A DNA stretch of 64,000 nucleotides from Nitrospirota bacterium. GTDB lineage: Bacteria > Nitrospirota > Thermodesulfovibrionia > Thermodesulfovibrionales > Dissulfurispiraceae. The translations under genes and the position numbers were made by a program. The notes below the pieces were generated by a model that saw only the letters and a program-made list of their open reading frames with translations, was not told where the DNA came from and did not search any database. The stretch is taken from NCBI GenBank assembly GCA_963790025.1, contig CAWBMP010000002.1:64001-128000 (forward strand), given 5' to 3'. The first letter of the stretch is position 1. Each line of letters starts with the position of its first letter. Shown here in pieces: positions 60,072 through 64,000 of this stretch.

Positions 60072-61970
60072 ATGATAACTTCAGGATTGGCCTACAGGGC
60101 CGAAAAATTTCTTAGAGAAACTGTGGCCGGCGCCCTCGAAGATTACGAGCCCAGGTTGCCCCAACTGGACATGCTGCGCGCTTGTGCCGGAATTATCGAA
60201 AAAGGCGGCACACTTCTGGCAGAAGCAGGCACCGGCACGGGCAAGACGTTCGCCTACCTGGTGCCGCTGCTTGTCGCAGGCGAACGGGCAATTATTTCTA
60301 CGAGGACAATCAATCTGCAGGAGCAGATCGTATCGAAAGACCTGCAGTTCCTTTCAGGCTTAAGAACATTTGAATATGCCATAGCAAAAGGCCGGGGCAA
60401 TTATCTCTGCATGAGACGACTCACTGCGTTCAGGTCGTCCGGTGAGCATGAAACCGAGGAATACGTTGAACTGCTCAGGTGGGCTTCCAGGACAGAAACA
60501 GGGGACATAGAAGATTATGGACTGCGGGTGCATATCTGGGACTGGGTATGCGCTGATGCCGATGCATGCAAGGGACTACAGTGCCCTTTCTTTTCCCGCT
60601 GCCACTATTTCAACGCCCGCAGGCAATGGGACAAGGCACAAATAATTGTGGCAAATCATGCACTGATCGGTATTAATGCTATGTTCGATTCCGACGCGCG
60701 CTTGCTGCCCCGGGCAGATTTACTCGTTGTAGATGAGGCGCACTCGCTTGACAGTGTGCTTTCCGATGTAGCCGGCCTTACGTTATCTAACAGAGGCTTC
60801 GAAAGGATCATGAACAGGCTGCTGAGACTTGACGAGAAAGGCGTATACAGGGGACTTCTCTCCCAATCGCCCGACCTGTATCAAACGGTCGAAGCACTAA
60901 GGACCGAAATGGGTCTTTTTTGGATCAGGATAAAAAACACAGTAAGACACAAGGAGACTATTAAAGGGGCTTTTGCACTGGCAGGTCCGCTTATGGACCT
61001 TGCCGCTGCTATCGGTGGACTTATCGGGGAGATGACTGTCGGCGCGACAGGACTTTTTCAGGAGGATGACGAGATTGAGATCAATGCGTCGATAGTCAAG
61101 CTGAAAGCCTTCGCTGAAGGGATGGTTGCATTCACCGGCGGCATGGCCAGTCCGGATAGTCCAGATAGACTACCCAGGTTTGTCCGCTGGGCGGAAACCG
61201 AAGAAAAGAGAATCGCACTCCGGATGTCTCCGGTTTATCCGAGGGACTTTATGCTCAACCATATCATTCCCGATTACCGGTCTATTATTTTTACTTCAGC
61301 CACTCTCTCAGTTGCCGGGGATTTCCGTTTCACCACCAAAGTACTCGGACTTGAGAGCGCCGAAACACTTTCCGTTGCCTCTCCTTTTGATCTCGGCAAC
61401 CAGATTTCAATACATGTTAAAAGGGGAATAAATCTAAAACAGCCTGGCAGCCCTAAAAGGTTGGCCGCTGTCATTACTGAAGAGGCATCAAAGAAAGACG
61501 GCGGCATGCTGGTGCTTTTCACATCGCGGGAGAGTATGATTAGCACCTGGGCGGCTGCGAGCGGGTCTTTGCAGGATATGGGACTGAATCCCATGTTGCA
61601 GGGAGAAATACCGAACCGGCTAATGCTTGAAATAATGAGGGACAGTGAAAACAGTGTCATTTTCGGTCTCGATTCATTCTGGGAAGGAGTGGATGTGAAA
61701 GGAGACTCGCTAAAGTGCCTTATCATTGCAAAACTTCCTTTTGAAGTCCCTACGGAGCCCATTGTCCAGGCAAGGACCCTGGAGATTGAACAGGGAGGAG
61801 GCAATGCATTTTATGAATACTCCCTGCCGAGGGCGGTGCTCAAATTCAAGCAGGGCTTCGGCAGACTTATACGGTCAAAAAATGACAGCGGAAGGGTCAT
61901 CATATGCGATGAGAGAATTGAAACCATGGCATACGGGCGCACTTTCAGGGAAAGTGTAAAGAACGACTAG
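60072..61970 (+). CDS. DinG/YoaA-family ATP-dependent DNA helicase
   Basis: EAGTGTGKT, KGRGNYLC, FeS cysteines, DEAH, SAT, QGFGRLIR. Confidence 0.92.
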   Translation: MITSGLAYRAEKFLRETVAGALEDYEPRLPQLDMLRACAGIIEKGGTLLAEAGTGTGKTFAYLVPLLVAGERAIISTRTINLQEQIVSKDLQFLSGLRTFEYAIAKGRGNYLCMRRLTAFRSSGEHETEEYVELLRWASRTETGDIEDYGLRVHIWDWVCADADACKGLQCPFFSRCHYFNARRQWDKAQIIVANHALIGINAMFDSDARLLPRADLLVVDEAHSLDSVLSDVAGLTLSNRGFERIMNRLLRLDEKGVYRGLLSQSPDLYQTVEALRTEMGLFWIRIKNTVRHKETIKGAFALAGPLMDLAAAIGGLIGEMTVGATGLFQEDDEIEINASIVKLKAFAEGMVAFTGGMASPDSPDRLPRFVRWAETEEKRIALRMSPVYPRDFMLNHIIPDYRSIIFTSATLSVAGDFRFTTKVLGLESAETLSVASPFDLGNQISIHVKRGINLKQPGSPKRLAAVITEEASKKDGGMLVLFTSRESMISTWAAASGSLQDMGLNPMLQGEIPNRLMLEIMRDSENSVIFGLDSFWEGVDVKGDSLKCLIIAKLPFEVPTEPIVQARTLEIEQGGGNAFYEYSLPRAVLKFKQGFGRLIRSKNDSGRVIICDERIETMAYGRTFRESVKND

Positions 61971-62090
61971 GGGCCACGGGCATAACAAGCATCAATTATC
62001 GAAGGGCGCAGGGCAAAAAAGAGAATTATACTTTTTATGCTATAATTTCATTAAATTTCTGAATATAAATTTGTTGATACAGGAAAAGGC

Positions 62091-62630
62091 ATGGGAATAA
62101 TTTATTTTTTCAGCAGGCACTCACCGCCATTTCTGCTCGCAATAGGAATTGCTCTTGATCTACTAGTAGGGCTTCTTGACTACGTAACCGGCAGTAATAT
62201 CAGCGTGTCGATTTTTTATTTAATACCCATCAGCTTTGTTACAATGTTTATTAATAAAAAAGCGGGCATTTTCATGTCAATCCTCGCTACCGCAACAATA
62301 CCTTTTATATTATATATACAAGGGAGTCCTTTGAAGACTGTCGATGATGCCTGGAATCTGTCTTTGGTTTTCGGTTTTTTCCTGGTTGTTACATTATTGC
62401 TGATAAAATTAAAAGAACACATGACAGAACGTGAAAAGCTGGTCGGAGAGCTGCAAAAGGCACTGAAAGAGATAAATCAACTAAGCGGCATGCTGCCTAT
62501 CTGCGTTTACTGCAAGAAAATAAGAGATGACGAGGGTTATTGGAACGTCCTGGAAGAATACATTACCGACCATTCAGAAGCCAATTTCAGCCATTGTATC
62601 TGCCCCGATTGTCGCAAAAAGGTCCTTTGA
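62091..62630 (+). CDS. Membrane protein with C-terminal CxxC...H..CPDC domain
   Basis: Four TM helices; LPICVYCKKIRDDEGYW...FSHCICPDC. Confidence 0.75.
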   Translation: MGIIYFFSRHSPPFLLAIGIALDLLVGLLDYVTGSNISVSIFYLIPISFVTMFINKKAGIFMSILATATIPFILYIQGSPLKTVDDAWNLSLVFGFFLVVTLLLIKLKEHMTEREKLVGELQKALKEINQLSGMLPICVYCKKIRDDEGYWNVLEEYITDHSEANFSHCICPDCRKKVL

Positions 62631-62638
62631 AAACAGGT

Positions 62639-62669
62639 AAGGCTATCGCGGCTTGCGCCGGATAGCCTT
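62639..62669. terminator. Hairpin between convergent CDS and tRNA
   Basis: AAGGCTATC...GATAGCCTT inverted repeat. Confidence 0.5.
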
Positions 62670-62689
62670 GTAAATCAATCCTTTCTATT

Positions 62690-62766
<77 letters not shown>

Positions 62767-62896
62767 GTTTTAAGAATAGCTGAACAAAGGAGATTATGTC
62801 AAATTAACCTGCCCAAAACTTTAATCAAATTATACCGCGAGCACTCAAGTCGCCTATGTGTAGCTTATTGAGTGCTTGGTTGTGGTATGATTTGGA

Positions 62897-63685
62897 ATGA
62901 CTATAGAGATTCTCAGAAAGATCGGTAAGAAGCTTTTTGTTGAAATCGGAAATACACGGTTGAAGCCCCTTGCTTCGACACCGATCGGCAGAGGCGCTGG
63001 TGGAGACCAGACCTATCCGATAGACAAGCAGGCCGAAGATATCATTATAGGAACTCTCAACAGTCTTAATGAACCTCTGAACATAGTTTCCGAAGAATCC
63101 GGGACCAGCCAAATCCTGGTTGACGGCAAAAAGGTTTTGATCGATCCTATCGACGGAAGCAAGAATGCCATAAACGGTGTCCCCTTTTATTGTTCGTCAA
63201 TTGCTGTTGCAGAGGGAGATACGATCGGGAGCATCTCAGCTGCTTACATAATAAACCTCATTTCAGGAGATGAGTTTTGGGCCGAAAAAGGGAAAGGGGC
63301 GTTTTTCAACGGGGGGAAAATTTTCACTCAGCAGGAAGACCTTCTGAATCTCGTAGCCTATGAAGCCCGGAGTCCAAAACATGATATTCCGCGGATAATG
63401 AACCTGCTCGGAGAAGCCAGGAGGACCAGGTGTTTAGGGGCAATCGCTCTGGACCTCTCATATCTTGCATACGGGTCCATAAGCGTTTTTGTGAGCCCTT
63501 CACCCTCAAGGAGCTTTGATTTTGCAGGCGGTTGGCTCATGGTGGCCGAGGCCGGCGGCATATTCACGGATACGGACGGAAATTCAATTGCAGACGCGGG
63601 TACCGGCCTCGATATAAGCACTCGACTGCTGGCCTCCGGCAACAGGGCGCTGCACGAAAGGGCCTTGAAGCTTTTAAATGGCTGA
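62897..63685 (+). CDS. Inositol monophosphatase / FBPase-IMPase family protein
   Basis: SEE, IDPIDGS, RCLGA, DFAGG. Confidence 0.88.
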   Translation: MTIEILRKIGKKLFVEIGNTRLKPLASTPIGRGAGGDQTYPIDKQAEDIIIGTLNSLNEPLNIVSEESGTSQILVDGKKVLIDPIDGSKNAINGVPFYCSSIAVAEGDTIGSISAAYIINLISGDEFWAEKGKGAFFNGGKIFTQQEDLLNLVAYEARSPKHDIPRIMNLLGEARRTRCLGAIALDLSYLAYGSISVFVSPSPSRSFDFAGGWLMVAEAGGIFTDTDGNSIADAGTGLDISTRLLASGNRALHERALKLLNG

Positions 63686-64000
63686 CACCATAACAGTTCT
63701 TTTCGTATCCGCCCTTGAAAAAAACCGGGACAAATGCCTATTTAAGTATTACAACGGCTCATGGAAAACGATGAGCTATGGTGATTTCTTTTCACTCACC
63801 CAAAGCATTGCGGCCTTGCTGGAAAATTATAATATACGTAAGGGCGACAGAACCGCAATTATAGCGGAGAACAGGCCGGAGTGGTGCGCGTCCTATCTGG
63901 CTGCAGTGGGATGCGGCAGCATCGCCGTTCCTATGGATGTTCAGCTGGGCCGTGATGAGATCAGCAATCTTCTGATCGATTCCGAAGCGAAGATAGTATT
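63678..64000 (+). CDS. AMP-binding enzyme (long-chain acyl-CoA ligase-like), truncated by window edge
   Basis: Open frame from ATG 63678: KGDRTAIIAENRPEW...AVPMD...DSEAKIV. Confidence 0.85.
   Translation, partial: MADTITVLFVSALEKNRDKCLFKYYNGSWKTMSYGDFFSLTQSIAALLENYNIRKGDRTAIIAENRPEWCASYLAAVGCGSIAVPMDVQLGRDEISNLLIDSEAKIV

Overview
The window has two parts. From about 4.2 to 35.7 kb is a composite accessory region anchored on a minus-strand tRNA-Ser(TGA) at 35698-35785. The last 20 nt of this tRNA recur at 12898 and 7689. Each recurrence is flanked on both sides by paired GGAGAC repeats at 11-bp period, with IHF-like boxes at the 12898 site, indicating at least three related elements stacked in tandem. 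The largest element (~12.9-35.7 kb) keeps a decayed mobilisation backbone: tyrosine integrase, frameshifted TrwB/TraD coupling protein, TrwA-like RHH protein, an F-type nic/oriT, a divergent StbA-like gene, and no relaxase. It is packed with candidate anti-phage genes: a BglII/BstYI-type R-M pair followed by DGQHR, HEPN and endonuclease III genes; an RloC/Rad50-like ATPase with an unlisted 59-aa partner; a second HEPN protein; several PD-(D/E)xK nucleases; an OGG-like glycosylase; and an unusual nuclease-nitrilase-fold fusion. From 35.8 to 64 kb is core genome: waaC (frameshifted), waaF-gmhB, tyrA-aroA-mtnP-apt-cmk-ispH-rpsA-sppA-ihfB, oppD/F-like, lysA-dapF(PilZ fusion)-dapA, four more tRNAs, a DinG helicase and IMPase/FBPase. 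My impression is a Nitrospirota/deltaproteobacterial-like organism (inference only). All family assignments come from motif reading; no database searches were run.
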